A DNA stretch of 64,000 nucleotides. Origin: Mizuhopecten yessoensis. Lineage: Eukaryota. Where the stretch lies: assembly GCF_002113885.1 (NCBI RefSeq), contig NW_018408433.1:403226-467225 (forward strand), written 5' to 3'. Within the stretch, counting starts at the first letter, position 1. Each line of letters opens with the position of its first letter. This document shows positions 1 through 12,370 of the stretch, in pieces. The notes beneath the pieces were generated by a model. It did no database searches. It saw only the letters and a program-made list of their open reading frames with translations, and had not been told where the DNA came from. Both the position numbers and the translations under genes were made by a program.

Positions 1-840
1 AAAGGACAAAAATAGCACTAGGTGAATGTTGACGTTACCGGTAAAAGGGTTAATTATTATAGGGCGAAAGTTTCCAAGTATACAATATCACAGATTGTCT
101 TTTAAGAGAGGAAGTGTCTCGATCAGGCTCAATTGTAATCCACGCTTGTCTAGCGCCCAAAATATAGAGAAACAAATTAGACCATAAGTAATGCTAGGGG
201 GTCATTAAATAATTGTTTGTCTAAAATATACTCTAGTATATTTCTAACGCTGGGATACTAATTAACTATATATGGAAGTTATATTTCAACAATCAGACGA
301 TCTTTCTAAATCGGGGGCTTGGGCCTGTTTAAGAAATAATTAAAGGACTTATTAAGATACGTCCCAGTCTTATATATATTCATCTATGTGATTTCATCCG
401 TTAAGCATGGTATGATTATGGGCAATTAGAGCTAGTTTTGGTATGTTAATCGCCTCGGAAGGTCAGTGTTGCAATTACGACACGCGATTGATTAATGTTA
501 TAATTGGATGGGGAAGACGTCTCTCGCAGACAGTTTAGAGTAACGTGATCCGGATAACTCCACTTCAAAGGTATACACTAGATAACTAATGCATCGCATT
601 CATTGCTAAGGAGAAACGGAACTGGGCATGTTTACTACATTACTTTATCTGTCAGTGGAGAGAATTATCTGTTGCATAAAATCCACCAACCGCATCAAAT
701 GAATTTGGAAAACCGCTGTTGAAGTATTGCTTTTACTATCATGGTAGACGCATGATATACACTTCTCCATAGTACTGTATACTCTGGCTTGTGATGACCG
801 GTCCACGATATCACATTCAGCCAGAAAGTAATCCCTATCA

Positions 841-1690
841 ACATATGCACTGGAAAGCGACATTGTAACATCACATTTACTGTCGAGTGATTCCATGGTA
901 TCATATTCACTGTCGAGTGACTCAATATTATCATATTAACTGTCGAGTGACTCCATGGTATCATATTCACTGTCGAGTAACTCAATAGTATCATATTTAC
1001 AGTCAAATGACTCCATAGGACCATGGTCAAGGTCAAGTGACTCAATAGCATCATATACACTGCCAAGCGACTTTGAAACATCATATTCACTGTCCATTGA
1101 CTCAATATTATCATATTCACTGTCAAGTGACTCCATATGATCATATTCACTGTCGAGTGATTCAATAGTATCATATGCACTGTCAAATGACTCCATAGGA
1201 TCAAATTCACTGTCAAATGACTCAATAGTATCATATTCACTGTCAAGCGACTTCGTAACAATATATTCACTGCCAAGCGACTTTGTAACTACATATTCAC
1301 TGTCGAGTGACTCAACAGTATCATATTCACTGTCGAGTGACTCAAAAGTATCATATACACTGTCGAGTGACTCAATAGCAACATATTCACTGCTAAGCGA
1401 CTTTGTAACATCATAGTCACTGCCAAGCGACTTTGTAACATCATATTCACTGCCAAGCGACTTTGTAACATCATATTCACTGTCAAGTGACTCAATAGTA
1501 TCACATTTACTGTCAAGCGACTCCGTAACATCATATTCACTGCCCAGCGTCTCCATAACATTTATTTCACTGCCAAACGTCTCCATATTATAATATTTAC
1601 TGTCAAATGACTCCGTAGCATCAAATTTACTGTCAATAGACTCTGAAACATAATATTCACTGCCCAGCGACTCCATGTTATCATATTCAT
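841..1690. repeat. 30-bp minisatellite (~28 units, consensus TCATATTCACTGTCGAGTGACTCAATAGTA)
   Basis: The 30-nt periodicity is visible with no apparent indels. It generates the repetitive ORFs 936..1676(-), 695..1276(-), 955..1140(+) and 1289..1561(-). Confidence 0.95.
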
Positions 1691-1964
1691 TGTTTTAAAT
1701 ATCATACTATATGTATGATGATTAAGCCTGTCATAACTATCCGCATGTTCGGGGAAAGAAATTGCCTGCTTTATCCCGATGCATATGACTAATGTGTGGC
1801 CTCTTCAGAATCGGGATGGTTTCTACTTTAGATTCTGCTTAGGGGAAACCGCAGAATTGGATTTGGTGCTCTATATCAATACTGCAGGTACTTGCATTTC
1901 CTCTCTACTTCCTGGCAACCTCTTTTGTTTGCTAGTATAATGTTTGATACCTCACTTTTAACAA

Positions 1965-2165
1965 TGGGTTCTGTCCACAGGCCAGGACTTATCAATGTCC
2001 TTAATAATGGTATTTATTGGTCCCTGCTTGGCATTCATCATTTAGGGTAATCACAACAACTGGATTCCAAGTTGTCGGTATAATGTTACTGGGTGGAGTA
2101 CTGTGCTGGGGGCTTGCATCATGGCATTTCAGTGAGCTAGCACGTAATAAAGCTAAACCAAACCT
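1965..2165 (+). mobile_element. Degenerate fragment of the main SINE family (same family as 34701-35222)
   Basis: The reverse complement reads ...tcactgaaatgcc...ccacccagtaacattataccgacaac...gccaagcagggac...ggacagaaccc, collinear with ~34880-35050. Confidence 0.6.
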
Positions 2166-2837
2166 TAACATGTCACAATCTGTATCAAAAGTCGAAAAGT
2201 CGAAAAATTGTTCAACGTATTGTCAAGATATAAGAATGAAAAATCGGAACTGAAATAGCCACAAAAACACACAAAATAAACATAAAAAGCACTTAAGTAA
2301 GGAAAATGATTAGGTTCCTCTCCTGTCGAATAAAGTTTAAATGTATCATTTTTATTTAATTTTACAATGCTTACTACTTTGTTCATATTTTACATACGTT
2401 TATCAATTAATTATTACGATGCTGTTATACTAGTCTAAATGGCGAATGCATCGGTAGCAGGAATGTATTTAGTTGGTGAACGATGTGTTATAGATAAACA
2501 CTAATCTTCACTGCCATGTATGTTCATTGAGTGTGCGTTATATTGAATTAATGAAGAAATGTTTTTAGGTAAGACTGTGATACTCAGCAAGGGTTGTCTA
2601 TTTAGCAAATAGCTGTCGATGAAACTTAATGGAAACACAGCACGATCTGTTCATGCAGAATGGCTAACTTAAATGAAATCATTGATCCAAAAGAGCATGC
2701 TGCTTATTCATCTAAATGTTCTTCAAAATAAACAAAACGTAATGTCAACTTGCACTTAATTTTGAAAAAAATCCTTTCAACGGTCATAACTCCTTAGATA
2801 CTGTACTATGCTAACAAACTAAAAATATCACTCTTTG

Positions 2838-2870
2838 TCCAAGCTTTCGGGCTTAGCCCTTCGTCAGGGA
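2838..2870 (-). ncRNA. Minimal type I hammerhead ribozyme motif (Penelope-like element relic)
   Basis: Minus strand UCC-CUGACGA-A-GGGC-UAA-GCCC-GAAA-GCU-U-GGA: intact core, stem II GGGC/GCCC, palindromic AAGCUU in place of stem III, stem I UCC/GGA. Confidence 0.7.
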
Positions 2871-3825
2871 TTATATGTTACCGGGCCTCTACGTCACATC
2901 CATCTTGACAAATAGGATGAGTAACTAGGATCCTACTGTATTATATATTTTTTATTCCTTTCGTATATAATATCACTATCTCATAGTTACTTTTTAGTTA
3001 AGGAAAATCAATCGAAATCAATATCTTATTGTAGGATTTTTTTATCTTCTTGTTAAAAACGTGTTTTTGCTAAATGTCAAATTGATTTCATTCAGTTCTT
3101 GGAGCAAGTCAAAACTACATTTCATCTGAAACACATTGCAAAATATTAAACTTAATTATTTTACCTGCTGCACCGTGACTGGGTCATGATGATCACATAA
3201 AAACAACATTATCCTTGAATTGTAAGAACCCCTCTTTTAATTTGCGTTATAGTTTAGTAGGCTAACAAAGCTTTTGATATTCCTCGCGATCTGTGAAAGG
3301 AAACTACATTCACCTAAATGTACATAATGTAAACAAACGATATTCTCAGAGGTTTTGCAAATCTTCCATGTACTGGAAGCGAAATAGGATGTGCGTTGTG
3401 CGATAATTCATTATCTAAGCTTATAATTAAATAAATGTACGCTGTACTAAGCCTCTCATAAATGATGAAAATGTATTAAGGACAAGATTGGTTCCTGCAC
3501 TGTTAAAGAGATCGGCATAGTTTTGTCATTTATTTACCCTAGTTTGATGCTTGCTTTCCACTGGGGCCATCACCCGGTCAAATATTGGCAAAACGTCCAA
3601 TATAAAAGAACATTATTTTACATGTTTACTCCTTATAGATCGTGCGTTTATTTTGCGAGATTGCATTTTTTGTGATAAATTGATGTGATTTGTTGAAAGC
3701 ACACTAAAATCGGAAACTGTAAATTCTTTGTATTTTAGTGTGTACTTATATTGCCAAAAAATCCCTGTTTTTGTGAATGCTTAAAATAGCAGCTGCGCGA
3801 AGAAATTTTCAATATGTATGATAAA

Positions 3826-4260
3826 GAGGTTCCCGAACGATGTGGTGATTGATGATCATGTTTATCTAACTCGTATTAGTTAATCTTCAAATTGCATAAA
3901 GACACGAGGTTTACCGAGTGACTTTTACAATTTGCAAATTAACTTACGAGAGTTAGATAAACGTGATAACTAATCATCACGAGTTTGGGGACCTGTTTCT
4001 CCCATAATGTTCGTATTTTAACTGATAAAGCACATTTTACCCTTTGAAATACATCAAGTGTGTTTCCGATGGGGAAAACAAATGCCATGGAGCATGGTGT
4101 CATTATGGAAAATGACGTCGAAAAGCATTGTTACGTGACGTCATAAGATAAAGATTGACCAATGAAAACACGTACAAGGTGTTACCCACTAGTGGTAAAC
4201 CAAAAATGTTTACCAACTCCTAGCAGGTTTGTACAATGAGCCGGGAGTGAGGAAATCTAC
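3826..4260. mobile_element. Non-autonomous DNA element with ~165-bp imperfect palindrome (copy 1; Crypton-like by inference)
   Basis: Palindrome 3828-3994 centred on cacgaggtttaccgagtg; a collinear diverged copy lies at ~53565-53960. Confidence 0.6.
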
Positions 4261-5433
4261 AGTTCTGGTGGGAAAAACTTTGACTGCTATCTGTAGAGTT
4301 GGCGAAAATTTGATGGAAGCGATTGAAATAAATTAACAATTATGAATGGGAGTCAAAAATAGAAAGAAGATATACAACTAGGTTATTGGTAATGTTTGAC
4401 CTAGCTGTATATGTATTGATAACGTGCAATAGGATACAACCGACAGGGGGTTACCGTGTATCATTTGTGTTAGTGCTCAGAGGTCGTATAATTTAGATTA
4501 ATGGCCGTAGGTAATTATCATTTCACCGTATTGGATGTGTTCCATCACTAAACTATGATCTGATAATAAATTCGGAAAGGCAGACATAATTACTGTTTCC
4601 ATTCATTCACTCGAGACCAAGCCTGTCTTAATATCCTCAGATTTTTCTACAGATAAGTTGTTATAACATATCAAGGAGATCACTCACTCATGATCATAAT
4701 CAACCCATATAGTTAAGCACGGCAGTATTTACAATATTTTCTGTCTATTTCCGATTATATTTGAGAAAGAGACGCATCGGGTTCAGATTCAGGTCAATGG
4801 GTAAATGGCTCAATTATGGAGTTATAACCATTCGGCAGTTAACACTCGCAGCGTATAGAGTCGATACAGCCCCATGAATCAAACAGTTTCGAATGTTACT
4901 GCTAAATGGTTTCCCCTGGAGACTCACTGCACTAACAATAATGGACCTGTGTACCTATGCATGGTGGTAAGAGGCGATGAGTATGGAGCCTTTTTGCAGA
5001 ACTGTGAATGAATAAAACTGCTGTATCCGATTGCATGATCGTAAGAGGTGACTGATGCGCCAACGACTGAAGAGTGGGGTGTTTTTCCTTGACTTTCATT
5101 AAGAGGACATTGAAAAATTCAAGAATAGACCTGCTGTATTCCATTGCATGTGTATAGTAAAAGACGTTTAATATGGGTCCCCCTGCCGAATCGAGGTTTT
5201 TCTTCAATGTCTTCTACGAAGAGAACATGGAAGAAACAAACATTGATATGCTGCCCTAAATGCAATACTCGAGTTCTGTTTTCGTTTCCGGTCTTTCCTT
5301 CTGTTCCAGGTAGGCACCCGTCCGCATATGACACTTGCTGTTTCAACCCCAAACAAACAAATCTTGGAGACGTTAAGGAAACCAAAGTCAATCCACAGCC
5401 CTAATTGCAACGTCTGTGGCTCGTTAGGTTTTC

Positions 5434-5802
5434 TTTTTAGCCCACCATCATCTGATGTTGGGCTATTCAAATCACCCTGTGTCCGTGGTCCGTCCGTCCG
5501 CCGTCCGTCCTTAAACAATTCTTGTTATCGGTATTTCTCAAGAAGTACCAGAGGTATATTTCTCAAATGTTATATGTAGGTTCCCCTTTGTCCTTAGCTT
5601 GGCAGGGCAGCTTTTGAGACTGATCGGATAAACAACATGGCCGACAGGCAGCCATCTTGGATTTTGATAGTGAAAGTTTGTTATCGCTATTTCTCGAAAA
5701 GTCCCAGAGGGATCTTTCTCAAATTTTATATGTAGGTTTCCCTTGGACCTAGCTATGCAGGGCAACTTTTGAGACTGATCGGAAAAACAACATGGCCGAC
5801 AA
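5434..5802 (+). mobile_element. Helentron-associated non-autonomous element (HINE), 3'-truncated
   Basis: TTTTTAGCCCACC...TGGGCTA 5' inverted repeat, then a (GTCC)n microsatellite, then about two ~158-bp tandem monomers. This is the known bivalve HINE layout. Confidence 0.75.
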
Positions 5803-7019
5803 GCAATCGTTCATGGAGATATGACATTATACTTATACATTCAAACATCAATAAAGGTTAAGTTTAACAACAATTCCTAAAAAAGATTATATCTTTGAGG
5901 TTTTGTGTAAATCTTTTATGAAGTAAAGGGTTTGGAATGATGATTCGGTTATATTGTTTTCTCTATTTTACCGTTGAGGAGCTGTGTTGTTTTAGTCTTC
6001 TTTAACCATTTCAATGTCTTCATGTTAATCTTCCATTTGTTTACATTCTACCATAGCTCCATCGATTCAAAGATTGAAGTACGACTTTGGGATATCTTTT
6101 GTTGTTTTTCTCCATCATAAAAAACCCCTAAAACCAAACGTTATCAAATCTCACCATCGTAATACAACGCTATCGTTCTATCGTGATTGCGGTTTCAGTA
6201 CACAACGAACGTATAAAGCAAAACACTAAAACAATAAAAGTGTTCTGTGTAGTATTCAAACATCACCATACAAACGCATTGGTAAGGATCTGGACCCTGT
6301 TATTAAATGTTTGTTCTGATTAACTTATCTTTATGCATATCGTTTTTTTGTTTAATCTCTAAATTGTTTGAAAATATAATAGATACAAAAATGTGTTCAG
6401 TTGTCGTGAACGATCAGCTTGATGAATTTATAACGCAGTTTTCCAAAGTGTAATTTGTTTGAGAATCTTCTGAAAAGTTGACAATACTTCGTGTTTTTAA
6501 ATGGTCGTGAAGTTTCCCAGGCTTTCAACAACCTTGTCTCAGGCCCTGTTATATTAAGGGAAATACATTTCAGTCAGATAAATGATAAATCAACTAACTA
6601 TAAACATGTGATGTGTTGATATCGATGACCAATTTTGTTTATATATTTCTTGTGATATTTAAGTTCCAGTTTCACTGAGGACAAAATAATTCAACTGTGT
6701 TGCTGAAGAAACATACAGTAATTGACCATTAATTTCCTGGATGATATCACTGTAGTTGTCGCTGACCAGTGGGCTAAGTTGGTTAGGGTGACCATATTGT
6801 TTCCATGTAAGTCCTGTATATGATGAGTTTCTTCCTAGAAATGGTTAATTACAGCAATGCTGTAAACATTCTCAATTTAAAGTTACATTTTGGCATAAAA
6901 GAAAGACGCTGTCTCCATGGAGGAGAGCGTATATTACCATTATCACACATGAATTTCTCCATATATGAACTGTTACCGTCTTGTCAGAGCGGGAGTAAGA
7001 CTTCGTCTACACAAATCAC

Positions 7020-7200
7020 TTCAAAAGAAAAGATGACTAAAAAACACCAAAATAGTCTCGGCAACTTTAATCCAGTCTACATGTGTCGGTCCTCTAGTTT
7101 CAGATGACGGTCCGCCTTGGGGGCCGAAGCATGTAAACTTGATAAATGTTGCCGAGACTCTCCTTTTAATGTCGTCTGGTTATCTGTCCTTTTGGAATTC
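7020..7200. mobile_element. Fold-back relic of a Penelope-like terminus with a degenerate hammerhead
   Basis: Inverted arms 7054-7092 and 7121-7159 match at 32/39. 7096-7139 reads agttt-CAGATGA-c-ggtcc...gggcc-GAAG-catgt-aaact, a hammerhead core with two substitutions. Confidence 0.55.
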
Positions 7201-7326
7201 GACTACCTCCATGATTATATGCGTAGACCCACTAGGCGGCCGTCGTTAAAAACTAATATACTGGATTTAAGTTACCGATTAACTGGGGTATTCTGAACGT
7301 CGTCATTATACATAACACTAGTTGAT

Positions 7327-7860
7327 TATACATTAACAGAATCAGCGAAAGTGAAACTGTATACATTAACAGAATCAGTGAAGGTGACACTGTCTACTTT
7401 AACAGAATCATTGAAGGTGACATTGTCTACTTTAATAGAATCAGTGAAGGTGACACTGTATACATTAACAGAATCAGTGAAGGCGTCACTATACATTAAC
7501 AGAATCAGTAAAGGTGACAATGTATACATTAACAGAATCAGTGAAGGCGACACTATACATTAACAGAACCAGTGAAGGTGACACTGTATACATTAACAGA
7601 ATCAGTAAAGGCGACACTATACATGGACAGAATCAGTAAAAGTGACACTATACATTAACAGAATCAGTAAAAGTGACACTATACATTAACAGAATCAGTG
7701 AAGGTGACACTGTATACATTGACATAATCGGTGAAGGTGACATGGCATACATGATCAGAATTAACGAAAGTGACACTATACATTAACCGTATAAGCAGAG
7801 GTTACACTGTTTACATTTAAAGGTAACACTGCCTTATTTACAGTATCAGTTTACAACCAA
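7327..7860. repeat. 31/33-bp minisatellite (TATACATTAACAGAATCAGTGAAGGTGACAC[TG]), copy A
   Basis: Direct tandem periodicity with mixed 31- and 33-nt units. Confidence 0.93.
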
Positions 7861-9271
7861 TACTTCGACCACTTCATGCATGAACTGCACAGTATTTGTA
7901 CACTTAGCCTGGAGATGGTTCTGTTGTATGCATTGTTAAAAAGGCCCAACGAGCGCTTAAGTAAATAAGGAATAACAAATCTTCAGAAAAGTTTCCGATA
8001 TAACCCCCGCCGTCTACATTGACGGCCAGTGGTTTTATCCCTGTAGACACGGGACGGGCCTGATATTCGAGACAAGCCGCTCTAGAGTGCAGCGTGTTTC
8101 CAATTAAGTCCCTGTTTGTGTAAATTTAATAATCTAACGGACAATGCAACGATTTGTCAAAAACCAACCATTACAGTTTAGGTAAAAATCTACGAATATA
8201 AAATATTTACACAAAATACGTATTATCAGTTTACACTTTCACAGCATAAAAATTGCTTCCCTCAAATAAGACAATCCCGACGAACCGATTCGTTTCGGTA
8301 AATTGTCGGATTACATATAGTAGATCGAATGGTACATAGACCTACCTACCGTTCTCGTGTGAAACACACTATCAGTAAAGATTAAACCGATATATAAAAT
8401 ATCACGTGACCTTCTTATGCTTCATATAATAACTTTTTCTATAGTATTTCTTTGATAGACGCATAATAGTACATTGTAGATGGCGTTGATAGGCTTTTCC
8501 TTCATACTTTCTTTTCTATATATTTCATGTCATTTATTGAAATGAAACAGACTATATTTCGCTTTTAGTTTATATGCTATCTTTTTAATATTATTTCATA
8601 ACTTTATTTCTTGAGATAAAATGCATGTTTAGCTAAAAGGCTAGTCTCCCATATGGTCCATTTGTTAGTAAAATGCACGTGTTTGTTAAAAGATGAATAT
8701 TAATTATTGACACAAACGTAATGTGTCATATTATATTACAGTTACCTTCATAAAAATGTCACATAATACATAGTTTCGAGCAAAAGTGTTTCGTCAGTTA
8801 AATGGAAAAAAAACTATTATTGCTAAAGTGATACATACACTATCTTATTTTGGAACGTTAAAGCAAATTTGATATTCACTTCGTCATGCACAACATGGTC
8901 TTGAGTTAATCTACGTTCATATATACGTCAAAGAGCTCGTCAAAAAAATCTGTCACTCGGTTGACGTCACACAAATTATCTTTATTTAGTTTTGGTCCTA
9001 GTTGATACAATCTTATGACAATAATAAAGTCTGCGTAAAAAGTAAAGGATTTAGTTTTCAAAACTTTTTAAAGGTTTATAATTAAAGTGCATTTGTATAC
9101 ATCAATCTGGCTTTTAGTGTGTTCGGTTGACGTCAGACTATTATTACTATTCATGGTATCTAGTAAAATGTAATTACATCCTTTAATGTTGTAAACCTTT
9201 TAAGTTGTCCTGTACACATATTGTATACAACACATCGTCCGTCAACTGTCCGAAATAGACATCGCAATAAG

Positions 9272-9292
9272 ATCATCATCATCATCATCATC
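9272..9292. repeat. (ATC)n microsatellite
   Basis: atcatcatcatcatcatcatc; the equivalent position in copy B is the N gap. Confidence 0.85.
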
Positions 9293-10042
9293 ATTATTTC
9301 GTTAAATGTGGTGTCGCAGGAGGTAAATATTCGTCTCTTTGGTGTACTGATCTGGTTGAACCAACTTGAATAGCAAGTTACTTGTGGCCACTTATGTAGC
9401 CTTATCATTTAAATAAAATTTGTACTGGGAGTTACAAAAATAGTAAGATAGTTTAATAGATTCAGGGTGCACGCTAACTACTACTTTAGTAGCCCGATCT
9501 ATTTCTCATTTTCACTAATCCCGACATGACTGTGGATCCAAATTAAGATCCTGTTGCTTATTTGGTCACAACTGTATCTCTTTAACGCTTTAATATGAAA
9601 AGGTCTTTAAACTTAAGTTAGATTCATTTAAACATCTTCACATGCTATTTCAAAAACATTAGAAACGTTCTATATGATTAAAACGCTGATATGAAATTTA
9701 AACACCACTTTAGAATTTGAAAGGTCGTTAAATGACTTAAATCAGAAATGATTGCATGAAACATTTAAAAAAAAAGATTTATGAGGTGTTATGTGTTGGT
9801 CTGGATCGAATTGCAAAGAATGACTAACGATATGTTTGTATTTAAAGTAATATAAAAATACATCGGTTTTAATACTTAGCACCACACCGATCTTTTTGAG
9901 CAGATAACATACCGGTGTATCCTTCCATACCATAATTAGGCGGACCACTAGGCGGCCGTCGTTAAAAACTAATATACTGGATTTAAGTTACCGATTAACT
10001 GGGGTATTCTGAACGTCGTCATTATACATAACACTAGTTGAT

Positions 10043-10745
10043 TATACATTAACAGAATCAGCGAAAGTGAAAATGTATACATTAACAGAATCAGTGAAGG
10101 TGACACTGTCTACTTTAACAGAATCATTGAAGGTGACAATAAGGTGACAATGTATACATTAACAGAATCAGTAAAGGTGACAATGTATACATTAACAGAA
10201 TCAGTAAAGGCGACAATGTATACATTACCAGAATCAGTGAAGGCGACAATGTATACATTGACAGAATCAGTAAAAGTGACACTTTACATTAACAGAATCA
10301 GTGAAGGTGACACTGTATACATTAACAGAATCAGTGAAGGTGACACTATACATTAACAGAATCAGTAAAGGTGACACTGTATACATTAACAGAATCAGTA
10401 AAGGCGACACTATACCTTAACAGAATCAGTAAAGGCGACACTATACATTGACAGAATCAGTAAAAGTGACACTATACATTAACAGAATCAGTAAAAGTGA
10501 CACTATACATGGACAGAATCAGTAAAAGTGACACTATACATTAACAGAATCAGTAAAAGTGACACTATACATTAACAGAATCAGTGAAGGTGACACTGTA
10601 TACATTGACATAATCGGTGAAGGTGACATGGCATACATGATCAGAATTAACGAAAGTGACACTATACATTAACCGTATCAGTAGAGGTTACACTGTTTAC
10701 ATTTACAGGTAACACTGCCTTATTTACAGTATCAGTCTACAACCC
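10043..10745. repeat. 31/33-bp minisatellite, copy B (~170 bp longer than copy A)
   Basis: Same unit as 7327-7860; the A-to-B offset rises from 2716 before the array to 2886 after it. Confidence 0.93.
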
Positions 10746-11407
10746 ATACTTCAACCACTTCATACATGAACTGCACAGTATTTGTAAACTTAGTCTGGAG
10801 ATGGTTCTGTTGTATGCATTGTTAATAAGGCCCAACGAGCGCTTAAGTAAATAAGGAATAACAAATCTTCAGAAAAGTTTCCGATATAACCCCCGCCGTC
10901 TACATTGACGGCCAGTGGTTTTATCCCTGTAGACACGGGACGGGCCTGATATTCGAGACAAGCGCTCTAGAGTGCATTCTACTGGTCTGCTAAATGAAAC
11001 AGCGTGTTTCCAATTAAGTCCCTGTTTGTGTAAATTTAATAATCTAACGGACAATGCAACGATTTGCCAAAAACCAACCATAACAGTTTAGGTATAAATC
11101 TACGAATATAAAATATTTACACAAAATACGTATTATCAGTTTACACTTTCACAGCATAAAAATTGCTTCCCTCAAATAAGACAATCCCGACGAACCGATT
11201 CGTTTTGGTAAATTGTCGGATTACATATAGTAGATCGAATGCGACCTTAATCCTATGTACAATTGAACCCTGCCACGCTACTCCCCCCTTTTTAAATGTG
11301 TTCGCCCTCGAACACCACAACCCAGGTTCTAACTCCCTGTCACCACAGGGAGGGCCACGGACACCATTTGTAACATATCCTGTTGTTGTCCAGCAGTCTC
11401 CCTGACT

Positions 11408-12370
11408 GTGGCTACAACAGGATATTCTCCTATATATTCCAATACAAATGTAAGAAGCACAAGTACTACTAGCTCTATGCCATTGTATTCTACTTGGTCT
11501 GGTAGCCATATGCCCAGTTGTGAGTCAAGAGCTCAAGGTCACTCTACCTATAGAGTCAGGCGTAAAGAAAAAGAACCCCAGACCTATGACGGTACTTCTA
11601 GTTTTAGGGATTTTCTGATACATTTTGAACAAATTTCGACTTGGAATGAATGGTCCGACTCGGATAAAGCCCAGCAACTAACAATGTGCCTTAGAGGACA
11701 GGCCCAGAGAATCCTGTCTGAATTACAGCCTTCAGACCTGATGCAATTTAATGCTGTGAAAATGGTATTGAGCAAACGCTTTGACCCTCCGGGAAGGGAG
11801 GCTGCGTATAAATCAGAATTTCGTAATCGATACCGTAGGGAGGGGGAGAGTCTGGTTAATTACGGGGAGGTTTTAAGAATTGCTGCTCGCAAAGCATACC
11901 CAGACAAACAGCTGGACTTGTTAGAGGGTGACATTATAGATCAGTATATTGATGGCCTCAATAATTACGAGCTAGGTCGTCATGTCCAATTTTGCCACCC
12001 TAAAACACTTGACCGGGCAGTGAGTGCTGCAATTGAGTTTGAGTCTTTTAGTGCTAGGCAGGTGAGTCAAGTTCCTGTTAGGAAACCCAGGGAGTTAAAC
12101 CCAGAAGCTACAGTTTTTGTTCAGACTGGTACAGAAGAGTCTAGCAAAACGGCTGAAAGAATCCCTGAGCCAGATTTGGGTACTCTTATACTGGAACAGT
12201 TTGAAAAGCTGAATAGGAAATTGAATTCCAGAAGTAGAAATTTTGGGAATAAGAATTCAAGTACATCTTCTTCACAGAAGAAGTGTTATGTATGTGATGA
12301 ATTAGGGCATATCTCATATAACTGCCCTAAGAAGGAACCTGCCAACGAAATGTCAAAGCAGGTAAACTAG
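11408..12370 (+). CDS. gag: Gag (capsid-like domain plus CCHC zinc knuckle); true start uncertain
   Basis: EPQTYDGTSSFRDFLIHFEQISTWNEW...LRGQA capsid motif; CYVCDELGHISYNC is Cx2Cx4Hx4C; lies immediately upstream of pol. Confidence 0.92.
   Translation: MATTGYSPIYSNTNVRSTSTTSSMPLYSTWSGSHMPSCESRAQGHSTYRVRRKEKEPQTYDGTSSFRDFLIHFEQISTWNEWSDSDKAQQLTMCLRGQAQRILSELQPSDLMQFNAVKMVLSKRFDPPGREAAYKSEFRNRYRREGESLVNYGEVLRIAARKAYPDKQLDLLEGDIIDQYIDGLNNYELGRHVQFCHPKTLDRAVSAAIEFESFSARQVSQVPVRKPRELNPEATVFVQTGTEESSKTAERIPEPDLGTLILEQFEKLNRKLNSRSRNFGNKNSSTSSSQKKCYVCDELGHISYNCPKKEPANEMSKQVN

Larger units (their letters stand above)
7229..9939 (+). repeat. Tandem segmental duplication, copy A (~2.7 kb; carries the empty retrotransposon site)
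   Basis: Collinear and highly similar to 9945-11241 plus 17785-19506; both copies start ccactaggcggccgtcgttaaaaac and end ccataccataattag. Confidence 0.95.

Noticed and set aside
7326-7563. ORFs in the 31/33-bp and 21-bp arrays (also 10144..10356 and 58813..59172)
   Set aside because: By-products of tandem periodicity; the mixed 31/33-nt units break the frame.
9945-11241. Duplicated flanks as the element's LTRs
   Set aside because: The left and right flanks are consecutive halves of one host segment (intact in copy A), not direct repeats of each other, and lack TG...CA ends and a PBS.
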